Shown: positions 34,284-43,141 of the stretch, piece after piece | How the letters are laid out: every line of letters starts with the position of its first letter | Numbering within the stretch: position 1 is the stretch's first letter | Assembly: GCA_947087745.1 (NCBI GenBank) | Contig: CAMUDX010000002.1 | Span: forward strand, 17,151-81,150 | Direction of reading: 5' to 3' | Length of the DNA stretch: 64,000 nucleotides | Origin: an uncultured Clostridium sp. | Lineage (GTDB): Bacteria > Bacillota > Clostridia > TANB77 > CAG-508 | Made by a program: the position numbers and the translations under genes | The notes under the pieces: generated by a model | The model's input: the letters and a program-made list of their open reading frames with translations, nothing else | What the model was told of the DNA's origin: nothing | Database searches by the model: none

Positions 34284-34583
34284 CTAATACTTTTTTATTA
34301 ATTTTGAAATTAAAGCTCTACAAGTATTCATTTGAATACAAGCATAAAAATTATTCGTTACTTCTTTACCTTTCCCAATTGTTGTTGCATTATTTGCATC
34401 TTCTTCCGTTTCCCAAAGAACAAAATCAGTCCAGATATTACCTTGTAAGTAATGCTCCCAAGAGATAAATCCCTTTGCTTTAGAAATAATTTCATCATGT
34501 AATTTTTGCGTTAATTTTACAAATTCCTCTTCACTTACACCTTTTTTAAGTTTATATGAAAATATCCATGCTGTTTTATTCAT
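34284..34583 (-). CDS. small ABM/Dabb-like (ferredoxin-like fold) protein (tentative)
   Basis: 99 aa; length and hydrophobic pattern (WEHY...WTDFVLWETEEDA) are compatible with antibiotic-biosynthesis-monooxygenase-like proteins. Confidence 0.35.
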   Translation of the reverse strand: MNKTAWIFSYKLKKGVSEEEFVKLTQKLHDEIISKAKGFISWEHYLQGNIWTDFVLWETEEDANNATTIGKGKEVTNNFYACIQMNTCRALISKLIKKY

Positions 34584-34606
34584 ATATAAATTCCTCCCTA
34601 CAAATT

Positions 34607-34762
34607 ACTATTTTTTATTATAATTCAATTTTAATGCTACATCACCAAAAATATAGTAATCTTTTGTCTTTACCATTTTGATAATATTTTGTATATTAGT
34701 ACATTTTTCAATGCTTTTAAGTTTTTATTAAACTTTATTAAAACTCATTAAGCATTATTAAG
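34607..34762. repeat. att-like repeat family, expanded copy (R1 ... R3)
   Basis: R1 variant at 34607-34640 and R3 at 34733-34762. The central region is homologous to 31497-31588. Confidence 0.75.
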
Positions 34763-34845
34763 AGGTTTCATTGAACTTTTTATCAAGTTCTTTGTAACCT
34801 GCTTGATTGTTATTGTTTCGGGCATTTTTTAATGTTCAAAAACTG

Positions 34846-34901
34846 CTATTTTAATGCTACCCGATTAAATTTATTAAAACTTATTAAACTTTATTAGTAA
34901 T
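34846..34901. repeat. att-like repeat family, compact copy (partial R1-R2-R3') immediately 3' of the ICE integrase gene; candidate attL
   Basis: ctattttaatgctac + ccgattaaatttattaaaa + cttattaaactttattagtaat, lying 87 bp downstream of the integrase stop. Confidence 0.6.
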
Positions 34902-34987
34902 TTCTTTCTTTAAATTTACAGTACATACTATATCATATTTTAATTGAAAATTCAATTAAATATCAGTATTTTTTCAAAAACTGTATT

Positions 34988-36202
34988 TTAAAAAATAGAG
35001 TTAATTTTTTCAATTTCTTTTTCCTTAAATTCATGAAATACACTTGTATATGTATTTAGTGTAACTTGTATATCTTTATGTCCTAATATTCTTTGTAAAA
35101 CAACTGGACTTACTCCGTTTTCAATACATCTCGTTGCAAATGTATGTCTTAACATGTGCGTATTTACTTTACTTTTTGTTATATTACATTGATATATTGT
35201 TTTAGTCTTTCTTCCACCTTTTATTCCTACCTTTTTCTTATAAACCCTAATATCTGCATTTTTGCATAATTTTTGAAATCTCGAATTGAAACTCGTAGCG
35301 TGTATAAAGTTTCCATTTTTTAAAAATAGAAAACCTCTCTTTTTATCAATTTGATATTCTACTAATTTATCGTATAAAGTATTTAGTATAGGTACATCTC
35401 TCATTCCTGCATAAGTTTTCGTTGTATTTTCTAATAAAATTCTTCCTTTATCAACATGGCTTAATGTTTTTCTTACATATATTTTTTTGTTTTCAAAATC
35501 TATATCTTCTCTTTTTAGTGCTAATATTTCACTTATTCTCATTCCTGTATATATAGCTATATAAAATACTATTGTATAATCATCATACCCTTTGTCTAAT
35601 TCTTTTATAAACCTTTCTTCCTCTTCTACTGTTAGTGCATCTATTTCTTTTGTTGGTTTACTAGATTTAGGTTTCATTATATATCCCTTTAAATCAAAAG
35701 GATTCTTATCTACTATATCTCTAATCCTTGCTTCATTAAAAGCACCTTGTAATTGTTGCCATACTTTTGTGATTACTGATTGTGAATACGAAGTAAGAGT
35801 TTGACTTTGCATATTTATTATACTTCTAGTAACATTTTGAATTGGAATATTTGCAAAAGGTAATATTTTCTTCATTATATCTATCGATTCTCCAATTCGT
35901 ATGTATGATGCTCTTTTTATAGAATTAGTATTATATTTTAGTTCTCTTATTTCTTCAGCAATATCTACTATTGATAACTTATTTGTTACATCTGTCCCAT
36001 CTTGCATTTCTCTCTGGATTTGCTCCATTTTATCTTTTACTTCTTTTCTTGTATCTCCATAAAGGCTTTTTCTTATTTGTTTTCCATTTCCATCTCTTCC
36101 TAATGTAACTTGTCCTACCCATTTCTTTGTTGCTTCTGAATAATAAATAGTTCCTTCTCCATTACCTCTTTTTCTCATTGTTCTTGCCATAATTTCCTCC
36201 AT
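34988..36202 (-). CDS. int: tyrosine site-specific integrase (Tn916/phage type, with N-terminal arm-binding domain)
   Basis: N-terminal RKRGNGEGTIYY...GRDGNGKQIRK (AP2-like arm-binding domain). Catalytic region with R...HMLRHTFATRCIENGVSPVVLQRILGHKDIQVTLNTYTSV. Confidence 0.9.
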   Translation of the reverse strand: MEEIMARTMRKRGNGEGTIYYSEATKKWVGQVTLGRDGNGKQIRKSLYGDTRKEVKDKMEQIQREMQDGTDVTNKLSIVDIAEEIRELKYNTNSIKRASYIRIGESIDIMKKILPFANIPIQNVTRSIINMQSQTLTSYSQSVITKVWQQLQGAFNEARIRDIVDKNPFDLKGYIMKPKSSKPTKEIDALTVEEEERFIKELDKGYDDYTIVFYIAIYTGMRISEILALKREDIDFENKKIYVRKTLSHVDKGRILLENTTKTYAGMRDVPILNTLYDKLVEYQIDKKRGFLFLKNGNFIHATSFNSRFQKLCKNADIRVYKKKVGIKGGRKTKTIYQCNITKSKVNTHMLRHTFATRCIENGVSPVVLQRILGHKDIQVTLNTYTSVFHEFKEKEIEKINSIF

Positions 36203-36216
36203 TTCAAAAAAGAAGA

Positions 36217-36474
36217 TTACTCAAACATTCTTGCAGCAATTTTTTCTAACATCATTTTTTTAGTTTCTTCATCTACACAAAATTCATATATGAATACTGC
36301 TCTTTTATCTGCGATTAAATTTGCTCCGCAGTTTTTTATTAGTGGAAAACCATAACTATGAAATCTCTCTCTTGCTTTCACAACTCCTATTCCTCTCCAA
36401 TCAGAGTATATTTCTGGAGTTATTGTGTCTGGTAAATCTTCAAATTTTATATTTGATTTTTTTACTTTCATCAA
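36217..36474 (-). CDS. small excisionase-like / recombination directionality factor candidate
   Basis: 85-aa ORF immediately upstream of int; the xis-int arrangement is typical of ICEs. The sequence is only weakly HTH-like. Confidence 0.4.
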   Translation of the reverse strand: MMKVKKSNIKFEDLPDTITPEIYSDWRGIGVVKARERFHSYGFPLIKNCGANLIADKRAVFIYEFCVDEETKKMMLEKIAARMFE

Positions 36475-36590
36475 ATCCTCCTAACTTTCAAAAGTTAGTC
36501 TTTGATGTAATCAAAGACTAACCCATTTTTTTTATTATGTGAAATGTGCAAATTCAAAAATCTCAATGATTTCATACATTTGACAATTCT

Positions 36591-37346
36591 CTATTTTCTA
36601 TCTTTAACATTTTCTGCTTGTTTTTCAACTTCATCTGGAGAATATAAATCAATAAGTGTTAAGATATATTTTCCAAATTCCTCGTTTGAAATTTCCAAGT
36701 TCCCTGTATGTTTTAGATATTCTCTTGCTACCATTCCATAAGATGCAATTTGATTTCTCGTAACAAATTCTGTTTTTTCTTCTATTCCCTCTCTATGTGG
36801 CACTTCTTTTTTGATTTTCTCTAAATCTATTCCTAATGAAATAATAAGAGCTTTATCTACTTTTCTCAATTCTCCAATATCTAAAGCACCTATATAATAT
36901 TTTAATCTTGATTTGTCTATTGCTCTGATTTGTTCTGTCAAAACAAGTGAATTTTGTTTTAGTCTATCTTTATACCCTTTTATATACACATGAGTTGGTA
37001 TAATCGATTTTGAATTTACTTTACTTGTTATTGGTGCAATTATAACAGTTGGACTATGCTCATTTCCTATATTGTTTTGCAATATTACTACTGGTCTTAC
37101 TCCTGTTTGTTCACTTCCTACATAAGTTTCGTCTAAAGCTGCATAATATAAATCTCCTCTTTTAATTTCCATTTTATTTCTATTCTCCTTTTTTTCTTTA
37201 TAATTTTTCAAATATTCCATTTGTTCTTGATCTTCCATTATTTTTTCTTCTTCTGTTTTACTCATACTCGCATATAGAATCATTAAATATGTAAATATTG
37301 TGATAAGTATAAGTAGTATTAAAAATATAATTAGTAAAATATTCAT
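36591..37346 (-). CDS. PemK/MazF-domain protein with N-terminal TM helix and C-terminal extension
   Basis: The core IKRGDLYYAALDETYVGSEQTGVRPVVILQNNIGNEHSPTVIIAPITS...LVLTEQIRAIDKSRL is a classical MazF/PemK fold. It is embedded in a 251-aa protein with a hydrophobic N-terminus. No obvious MazE partner ORF is present. Confidence 0.6.
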   Translation of the reverse strand: MNILLIIFLILLILITIFTYLMILYASMSKTEEEKIMEDQEQMEYLKNYKEKKENRNKMEIKRGDLYYAALDETYVGSEQTGVRPVVILQNNIGNEHSPTVIIAPITSKVNSKSIIPTHVYIKGYKDRLKQNSLVLTEQIRAIDKSRLKYYIGALDIGELRKVDKALIISLGIDLEKIKKEVPHREGIEEKTEFVTRNQIASYGMVAREYLKHTGNLEISNEEFGKYILTLIDLYSPDEVEKQAENVKDRK

Positions 37347-37696
37347 TGTTTTATTTCTCCTTTTTTATTCAAAAAGGCTACCTTATAGATTAGATAGCCT
37401 TTTACAATTACTTTCTATCTTCTCCTAAAATTCATTAAACGGCAATTAGCTAAATTGCTCCACAGGACTTCCACCTACCTGCTTTCAACAGATTTGTTCT
37501 CAATGCGTGGGACGGTTTTATCTCGCTCGTGCTATGACTAAACAAGTGTATCATTATACCTACTACTTGTCCTCGCCTTATAAGTGGCTATCTTATATTT
37601 AAGTAAAGTAATTTGTGAGATTACTTTTTAACTAGCTCGAATAGTAGGAATGTATTTAATGAATTGTTATTTAATTTTCAAAGTTCATGTGGAATA

Positions 37697-37740
37697 AAAA
37701 TTCCTCTCATTTCTCCTGTGAAAAAATGAGAGGTTTGTAG
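37697..37740 (-). terminator. rho-independent terminator of the sigma-like gene
   Basis: 10-bp stem cctctcattt/aaatgagagg, followed on the minus strand by a T-rich run. Confidence 0.55.
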
Positions 37741-37750
37741 GATTAAATTT

Positions 37751-38275
37751 TTAAATTTTTATAAATTTTTTTAATTTTTCTAAAATTCTATCTCGTTTAT
37801 CTTGAATTGTAGTGTAATGTTTGCCTACTATTGCAGCATATTCTCGCAATGTTTTATTTTCAAAAAATAATGCTTTTATTAGTTTGTATTCTTCTTCACT
37901 TAATTGTAATAAAGCTAATCTTAATTTTTCTATTTCATTTTTTCTTTCAAAATTAGCTTCTACATTATCTATTGGATTTGAAATTATATTTTTTAATGTA
38001 GCTCCATTTTCAGTTTCATTATCATAAGAAACTAAATTCATCTTTCTTGATACTCTATCTAAATACTTCTGTCTTTGTTCCTCATACTCTATAATTTCAT
38101 AATCTTTTTTTGACACTTCTAGCAAAACATCATCCAATTTAATAAATTTTTTTTTCTTATATGTACTGTATTTTTTTCGTTTTTCTTTAAGTTCTTTATA
38201 TGTAATTTCTTCATAAATTCCTTTTTTTAATTTTATAAAACATTTTGCATTATCTTGCATTTCTCTTTCCTCCAA
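37751..38275 (-). CDS. sigma-70 region-4-containing sigma-factor-like protein (Tn916 Orf7-like)
   Basis: C-terminal LSEEEYKLIKALFFENKTLREYAAIVGKHYTTIQDKRDRILEKLKK is a sigma-70 region 4 HTH. Confidence 0.65.
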   Translation of the reverse strand: MEEREMQDNAKCFIKLKKGIYEEITYKELKEKRKKYSTYKKKKFIKLDDVLLEVSKKDYEIIEYEEQRQKYLDRVSRKMNLVSYDNETENGATLKNIISNPIDNVEANFERKNEIEKLRLALLQLSEEEYKLIKALFFENKTLREYAAIVGKHYTTIQDKRDRILEKLKKFIKI

Positions 38276-38747
38276 TCAATTCGTTTTTGTGAATTGATTG
38301 GTAGGTGGGCTACGGCAATGTTTTTCTTTTAGAGCATAAAAAAAATCAAATATACAACGCATAATTGCACATTTGATTTGAAATAGGCACAAATATCTAA
38401 TATTTACATTTTTTAATGTAAATACTTGTGAAATTACTTTTACATTTTTACTTGTACCCCTCCCCATATAAAAAACTCCTTTACAGAATAGTGCCTAAAC
38501 AAAATTCTTAAAGGAGTTTTGAATAATTAAAAAATAAATCAATACTATAATCAAAGTCTAAAATATGTACTTGTAATTATCTTGTGTTTTCTCTATATCT
38601 TTTGAATCGCCTCCCTTTTAAGACTTTGATTAAGTTGCTTGCATTATATAGAATTTTACTTTTCTAATGTCAAAAAAGGGGGAATATGGCGAAAAAGGGC
38701 GAAAAAAGGCTAAATTTTCTTTTACTATTTTTTCCATTTTGTATTGT

Positions 38748-38770
38748 GTTTACATAATTTTTATGGTATA
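38748..38770 (+). promoter_or_regulatory. candidate sigma-A promoter with extended -10 (TGGTATAAT) for the Spo0A-like gene
   Basis: TTTACA ... TGGTATAAT, about 45 bp upstream of the ATG at 38816, with an AGGAGGG RBS. Confidence 0.4.
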
Positions 38771-38815
38771 ATGTTATCGAATTTATAATATAGACATTTG
38801 TAGGAGGGTTTCCAG

Positions 38816-39535
38816 ATGCAGAAAGTCCTTATTGCTAATCCTAATGTTGAGCAAAGAATAAGGCTTTGTCAACAGCTTGCAAATGATAAAAGGTTAGAAG
38901 TAATAGAAACAGCTGATGGAAAAACTGCTTTAGAAAAATATCTTGATATTAAACCTAATGTATTAGTTTTAGATTCTTGCCTAAAAGATATAAATTGTAT
39001 TGAAATAATTGATAGATTATCTACAAATATTGCAGATAAGAAAAATAACAACATTATATTAACAGCTCAAAAAGAAGAAAATTTGAACTTGTCTAATGCT
39101 GCTAGAATATACAAGGTAATATATGATGATGAAAATTTTAATGACTTTTATAGTACAATTAACGAAATGTATCTTTTTGGAGAATATGAAGAATTAACTA
39201 ACGAGGAACTCGATTTATTATTTTTGACATTAAAAATTCCTTTAAATTCAAATGGAACTAATTACATAAGAGAAGCTATTTTTGAATGCTACTACTACCC
39301 TGACTTACAGAAAAAATTGAAAGATATTTTTACTATAATTGGACAAAGACATAACAAGCCTAATTCGGCAATACGATCAAGTTTTAGAACTGCATTAGAA
39401 CGATTAAATATGTATAGAGATACTATCAACTGCCCTATTATGCAATATTTTGATATTGAAGAAAATATAACCCCAAAAGATTTTTTAGAAATTGCAGTAA
39501 TGTATTTACATCTACAAAAAGGAAAGAAGAAATAA
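38816..39535 (+). CDS. Spo0A-like regulator (degenerate receiver domain plus Spo0A C-terminal DNA-binding domain)
   Basis: C-terminal NYIREAIFECYYYPDLQKKLKDIFTIIGQRHNKPNSAIRSSFRTALERLNMYRD...KDFLEIAV parallels the Spo0A_C signature (YLREAI...LYP.IA...T...VERAIRHAIE...PTNSEFIA). The N-terminal REC-like fold lacks the canonical acidic pocket (ANPN). Confidence 0.55.
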   Translation: MQKVLIANPNVEQRIRLCQQLANDKRLEVIETADGKTALEKYLDIKPNVLVLDSCLKDINCIEIIDRLSTNIADKKNNNIILTAQKEENLNLSNAARIYKVIYDDENFNDFYSTINEMYLFGEYEELTNEELDLLFLTLKIPLNSNGTNYIREAIFECYYYPDLQKKLKDIFTIIGQRHNKPNSAIRSSFRTALERLNMYRDTINCPIMQYFDIEENITPKDFLEIAVMYLHLQKGKKK

Positions 39536-39567
39536 GTTTTGTAAAAACCTATTCCTTCTTTTTTAGT

Positions 39568-40758
39568 TTATGCGTTCTCTTTTAATTCTTTATACCCTTG
39601 CATTATATTGTCTATTTCCATATTGTTTATTGGCTCTGATACAAATGTATTCAAATTTCTTCCCATTAGATTATATGCTGTTTTCATATATTCATCACTA
39701 ACATTATCACTTGTAATTATATTGAATATTGGCACATTATCTTTTAAACTTTTTTTTGATTTCCTCATTATTTCCATACTGTCCATATTGTCTAAATTCA
39801 TTTTTGCAAAAACCATTTCTGGCTTTGATTCTATAATTTTGTTATATGTTTCTTTTCCGTCTGCTGCTGTGTCTACTAATTCAACATAGTCTAAACCTTT
39901 TATTGTATCTGCTATTTTATTTCTTATTTCTTCGTTATTATGGGCAATTAGAATCTTTATCTTTTTCATTCTATTCTCCTCTAATTCATACATAAATTCT
40001 ACTGGATTTTGGTATAGTGCATTTCCCTTTTTTACATCTACACCATGTTCCGTTTTTATTATATCTCCATTTGCTATTAGCAAAGTATATTTATCTTCCA
40101 TGTCCTTTTCTTGTCTAAAGTCTGTTTCTCCTATATTTCCAAAATTTCTAAATACATTTTTAGTTTGCTCAAATTCTGTGTCTGTTATTGCAAATTCGTC
40201 TTTATTTTTCTCTGCTGTTTCTCGAAGTGGCATAAATTTAAAGAACTTCCACTTGCTAATATTATAATTGTTTAGGAACTCTCCTAGCTGCTCCATTTCA
40301 TTTATATTTTTCTTGCTAACTACTGTATTTATATTTACTTTAAGATTTTTGTCTTTAACATAGTCTAGTATAACTTTAACCTCTTCAAAATGATTTCTAC
40401 CTCTTCCTAGTTCTTCATTTGTATCATCATTTATTGTATCTAATGACAATGTCAAAGAATCTAAATAATCTAAAATCTCTCGCATATTTTCATTTTGTGC
40501 TAGTACCATTCCGTTTGTTATCAATTTATTCTTTATTCCATTTTCTTTTGATATTTTTAATAGTTCTTTTAAGTTTGGATATAGTAGTGCTTCTCCCCCT
40601 GTCCAAGTAATGTTGTTTACTCCATCTTTAATCAAATTATTTAATATCTCTTTATTTTCTTCATAAGTAAGATCGTTAATACCTAAAAATCTGTGGCAAT
40701 ATTTACAATTTTGATTACATTTTGTTGTAATATTCCAACAAACTCTCTTTTTTTGCAT
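39568..40758 (-). CDS. radical SAM enzyme fused to a C-terminal (pseudo-)receiver domain
   Basis: N-terminal CNQNCKYC (CxxxCxxC) with GGEALL. The C-terminal ~120 aa show a REC-like pattern (KIKILIAHNNEEI...MVFAKMNL...IITSDN) in which the phospho-acceptor Asp appears replaced. Confidence 0.65.
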   Translation of the reverse strand: MQKKRVCWNITTKCNQNCKYCHRFLGINDLTYEENKEILNNLIKDGVNNITWTGGEALLYPNLKELLKISKENGIKNKLITNGMVLAQNENMREILDYLDSLTLSLDTINDDTNEELGRGRNHFEEVKVILDYVKDKNLKVNINTVVSKKNINEMEQLGEFLNNYNISKWKFFKFMPLRETAEKNKDEFAITDTEFEQTKNVFRNFGNIGETDFRQEKDMEDKYTLLIANGDIIKTEHGVDVKKGNALYQNPVEFMYELEENRMKKIKILIAHNNEEIRNKIADTIKGLDYVELVDTAADGKETYNKIIESKPEMVFAKMNLDNMDSMEIMRKSKKSLKDNVPIFNIITSDNVSDEYMKTAYNLMGRNLNTFVSEPINNMEIDNIMQGYKELKENA

Positions 40759-40867
40759 TTTTAACCTCTCTCTTTCTTTGAAATTGATACATGAATATTA
40801 TATCTTGTAAGATTTTTCCTGTCTATTCTCAAATTTTTAATCGCTATTAAATATTTTTTAACGCAAA

Positions 40868-40905
40868 AAAAGAATACCCCTTGTTTTAAGGATATTCTAC
40901 CTATC
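40868..40905 (-). terminator. rho-independent terminator of the LysR gene
   Basis: agaata..tattct hairpin followed by TTTTTTT on the minus strand. Confidence 0.5.
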
Positions 40906-40921
40906 TTTTCATATTCGTTTA

Positions 40922-41815
40922 TTACTTATTTTTTAAGTATTTCTTTATAAATTTTTTATCTACTTGTGTTAGCATATCTTTTATATATACTAAATTTATA
41001 CTCAACTCTGGCAATTCTATTGGCAATTCAACTTCGTATAATTCTCCATTTTCTAATTGCTTCTTGACAGCTTCTTTCATTACATAAGCTATTCCTAATC
41101 CATTCATTACAGCTTCTACTCTTATTTCTGTTGTATCACATTTCATATTTGGTTTTATTTTTATTTTGTGTTCTTTTAGAACTTTAAATAAATTTTTAGT
41201 AGAATTTGTATTGTCAAAATTTAATATATATCGTAAATCTTCTAGTTCTTTTACATCTTCAATTTTTAGTGGCTCTTTCGCAACAAATATATTGCTTACT
41301 TTCTTTAATTCTTCTATTACAATTCCATCTGTTTCTGTTGGTATAACATCTGTTATTACAAAATCCAATTTATGATTCTTTAACATCTCAAACATTTCAT
41401 TTGGAACTGCACCACAAGTTAACTCTACATTTAAGTTTGGATAATCATTTTTAGCTGCTTTTATATATTCCATTAAGTAATAGTTCGTTAAGTGTGATTG
41501 ACACCCTATATTTACTGTGCCATTAGCTAAATCATTTTTTTCTTTTATTACTTTTTCTGCAAAATCAAATGAAGAAATACTTTTATTTACAATTTCAAAT
41601 AATTGCTTTCCCTCTTCTGTTAATTTTACTCCATCATTTTCTCTATTAAATAGTTTTACATCTAGTTGTTTTTCTAAATTTTTTATCTGTGTACTAATAT
41701 TAGCTGAAGTAAAACCTAGTTTTTCGCCTGCTTCTGCATAACTTTTAGAATTTGCTACTGCACAAAATATTCTATACAGATTATAATTTATGTTAGACAT
41801 AATAGCACCTCTCAA
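40922..41815 (-). CDS. LysR-family transcriptional regulator
   Basis: N-terminal HTH (YAEAGEKLGFTSANISTQIKNLEKQLDVKLF) and a C-terminal substrate-binding domain. Confidence 0.85.
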   Translation of the reverse strand: MRGAIMSNINYNLYRIFCAVANSKSYAEAGEKLGFTSANISTQIKNLEKQLDVKLFNRENDGVKLTEEGKQLFEIVNKSISSFDFAEKVIKEKNDLANGTVNIGCQSHLTNYYLMEYIKAAKNDYPNLNVELTCGAVPNEMFEMLKNHKLDFVITDVIPTETDGIVIEELKKVSNIFVAKEPLKIEDVKELEDLRYILNFDNTNSTKNLFKVLKEHKIKIKPNMKCDTTEIRVEAVMNGLGIAYVMKEAVKKQLENGELYEVELPIELPELSINLVYIKDMLTQVDKKFIKKYLKNK

Positions 41816-41887
41816 TCGCTATTATTGTATCATATTATGTAAATAAAGTAAAGAGTTTTGCCCTATTTCTAGGCAAAACTCCATGTA

Positions 41888-42946
41888 TTATTTGTTATTT
41901 TGTTTTGAATATAATAAATCTGCTTTTCTAATATCAAACTTTGTTCCAATTTTTAGGTTAAGTGTTTTTACAAATTCTATTAGCTGTTCTATATTTTGTT
42001 CTGCATTTTCTACTTTCTTTACTTCTAGCTCTATAAATATTCCTAAATCTTTAACATCTTGAATATATGCTATAAACTCATCATTCTCATACATATAATT
42101 TTTATCAATCATATTTAAAAATCTTGTATAACCTAATATATTCAAATGCTTTTCTGCTTCTTCTATGCTCATAACTTTTAATACAGACTTTTCTGTACTT
42201 ATCTCAAACCCATTGCTATTATGATTTCTTCTTTTACAAACTATCTTTTTGTCATCTTCATTAACATATCTAATAATTAGTGTATCTGTAATTCTTCCAT
42301 TTTTAGGTGCAAATTCATTAGTTCTATCATTTTTCATATATATATCATCTAATGTAAATTCTTCTATATATTTGAATCCTTTTTCTTCTAAAACTTTAAC
42401 AATAGTTGATATTTCTTCAAAGACTTCACAAGTTATTTCTATATCTTTTATAAACTTTGTTTCTTTTTTATCACTATCATATATTCCTACTTTTTCTTCT
42501 AATAGTTTAAAATTACAACTTATATCCACAAAAAATTTCTTTTTATCTACTGTTACCATTTTATATAATTTCTTTGCCACATTTCTTATTTTTTCTGTAT
42601 TTTGTTGTATAAAATTGTTTTGTGCCATTAACAAGTTTTTATATTTAATATCTTTAATTAAATTAAAATCTATTGGTGTTAGTACATCTCCTACAACTGG
42701 AATCATATTATTGAATCTAATAATTCCATAGTCTTGTCCTATTTTTATGTATGTTGGATTATCACTATATTTTTTGTGTGTACTTTTAGGCGAGAATAAA
42801 GGTGCAAAATATTTGATATTATCTATCTCAATAATAACACCTATATATGGTCTTTTTTGATTTTTATTGTATGGAACTTTATCATCAAATTGATATAAAT
42901 AATCAATATATTTATCATCTATGTTATAAAATTTTAATCTATCCAT
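41888..42946 (-). CDS. type III toxin-antitoxin ToxN/AbiQ-family endoribonuclease fused to a C-terminal CYTH-like domain
   Basis: Residues 1-~160 align with AbiQ/ToxN (KFYNIDDKYIDYLYQFDDKVP...YIGVIIEIDNIKYFAPLFSPK...CNFKLLEEK vs AbiQ KFYTISSKYIEYLKEFDDKVP...FIGIVLEIQGHKYLAPLTSPK...CDFSLLEEK). The following ~190 aa have a CYTH/CyaB-like pattern (LIIRYV...KRR...E...LGYTRF...DLGIFIELEV). Start at MDRLKFYN, with an AAGGAGAG RBS. Confidence 0.7.
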   Translation of the reverse strand: MDRLKFYNIDDKYIDYLYQFDDKVPYNKNQKRPYIGVIIEIDNIKYFAPLFSPKSTHKKYSDNPTYIKIGQDYGIIRFNNMIPVVGDVLTPIDFNLIKDIKYKNLLMAQNNFIQQNTEKIRNVAKKLYKMVTVDKKKFFVDISCNFKLLEEKVGIYDSDKKETKFIKDIEITCEVFEEISTIVKVLEEKGFKYIEEFTLDDIYMKNDRTNEFAPKNGRITDTLIIRYVNEDDKKIVCKRRNHNSNGFEISTEKSVLKVMSIEEAEKHLNILGYTRFLNMIDKNYMYENDEFIAYIQDVKDLGIFIELEVKKVENAEQNIEQLIEFVKTLNLKIGTKFDIRKADLLYSKQNNK

Positions 42947-42965
42947 ATTCTCTCCTTTAACAAAA

Positions 42966-43000
42966 ATTGTGGGATGCTTATATAAAAACACCCCACATAG
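42966..43000 (-). terminator. hairpin between the ToxI-like repeats and the toxin gene (attenuator/terminator typical of type III TA loci)
   Basis: tgtggg(a)tg...ca(c)cccaca imperfect inverted repeat, placed exactly where ToxIN and AbiQ loci carry a terminator. Confidence 0.5.
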
Positions 43001-43007
43001 TTTTTAT

Positions 43008-43116
43008 CGCTTACTTAGGGCTAAGCTACTCCCATTTTTTATCTTCACTTAGGGCTTGAATACTCCCATTTTTTATTGTCAACTTTTGGCTTGACTACTC
43101 CCATTTGAAAATATTT
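43008..43116 (-). ncRNA. ToxI-like antitoxin RNA: three tandem ~36-nt repeats upstream of the ToxN-family gene
   Basis: Direct repeats ttacttagggctaagctactcccattttttatc / ttcacttagggcttgaatactcccattttttattgtc / aacttttggcttgactactcccatttgaaaatattt, with no interspersed spacers. Confidence 0.65.
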
Positions 43117-43141
43117 GCATATTTTCTTTGTTAGTATATTC

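Noticed and set aside
38276-38467. 63-aa ORF upstream of the sigma-like gene.
   Set aside because: It overlaps promoter and terminator structures and has no RBS or motif. It is probably non-coding.
43008-43116. Possible CRISPR array suggested by the three ~36-nt direct repeats.
   Set aside because: The repeats are contiguous with no unique spacers, number only three, and sit between a consensus promoter and a ToxN-family gene. This is the type III TA ToxI architecture. No cas genes are nearby.
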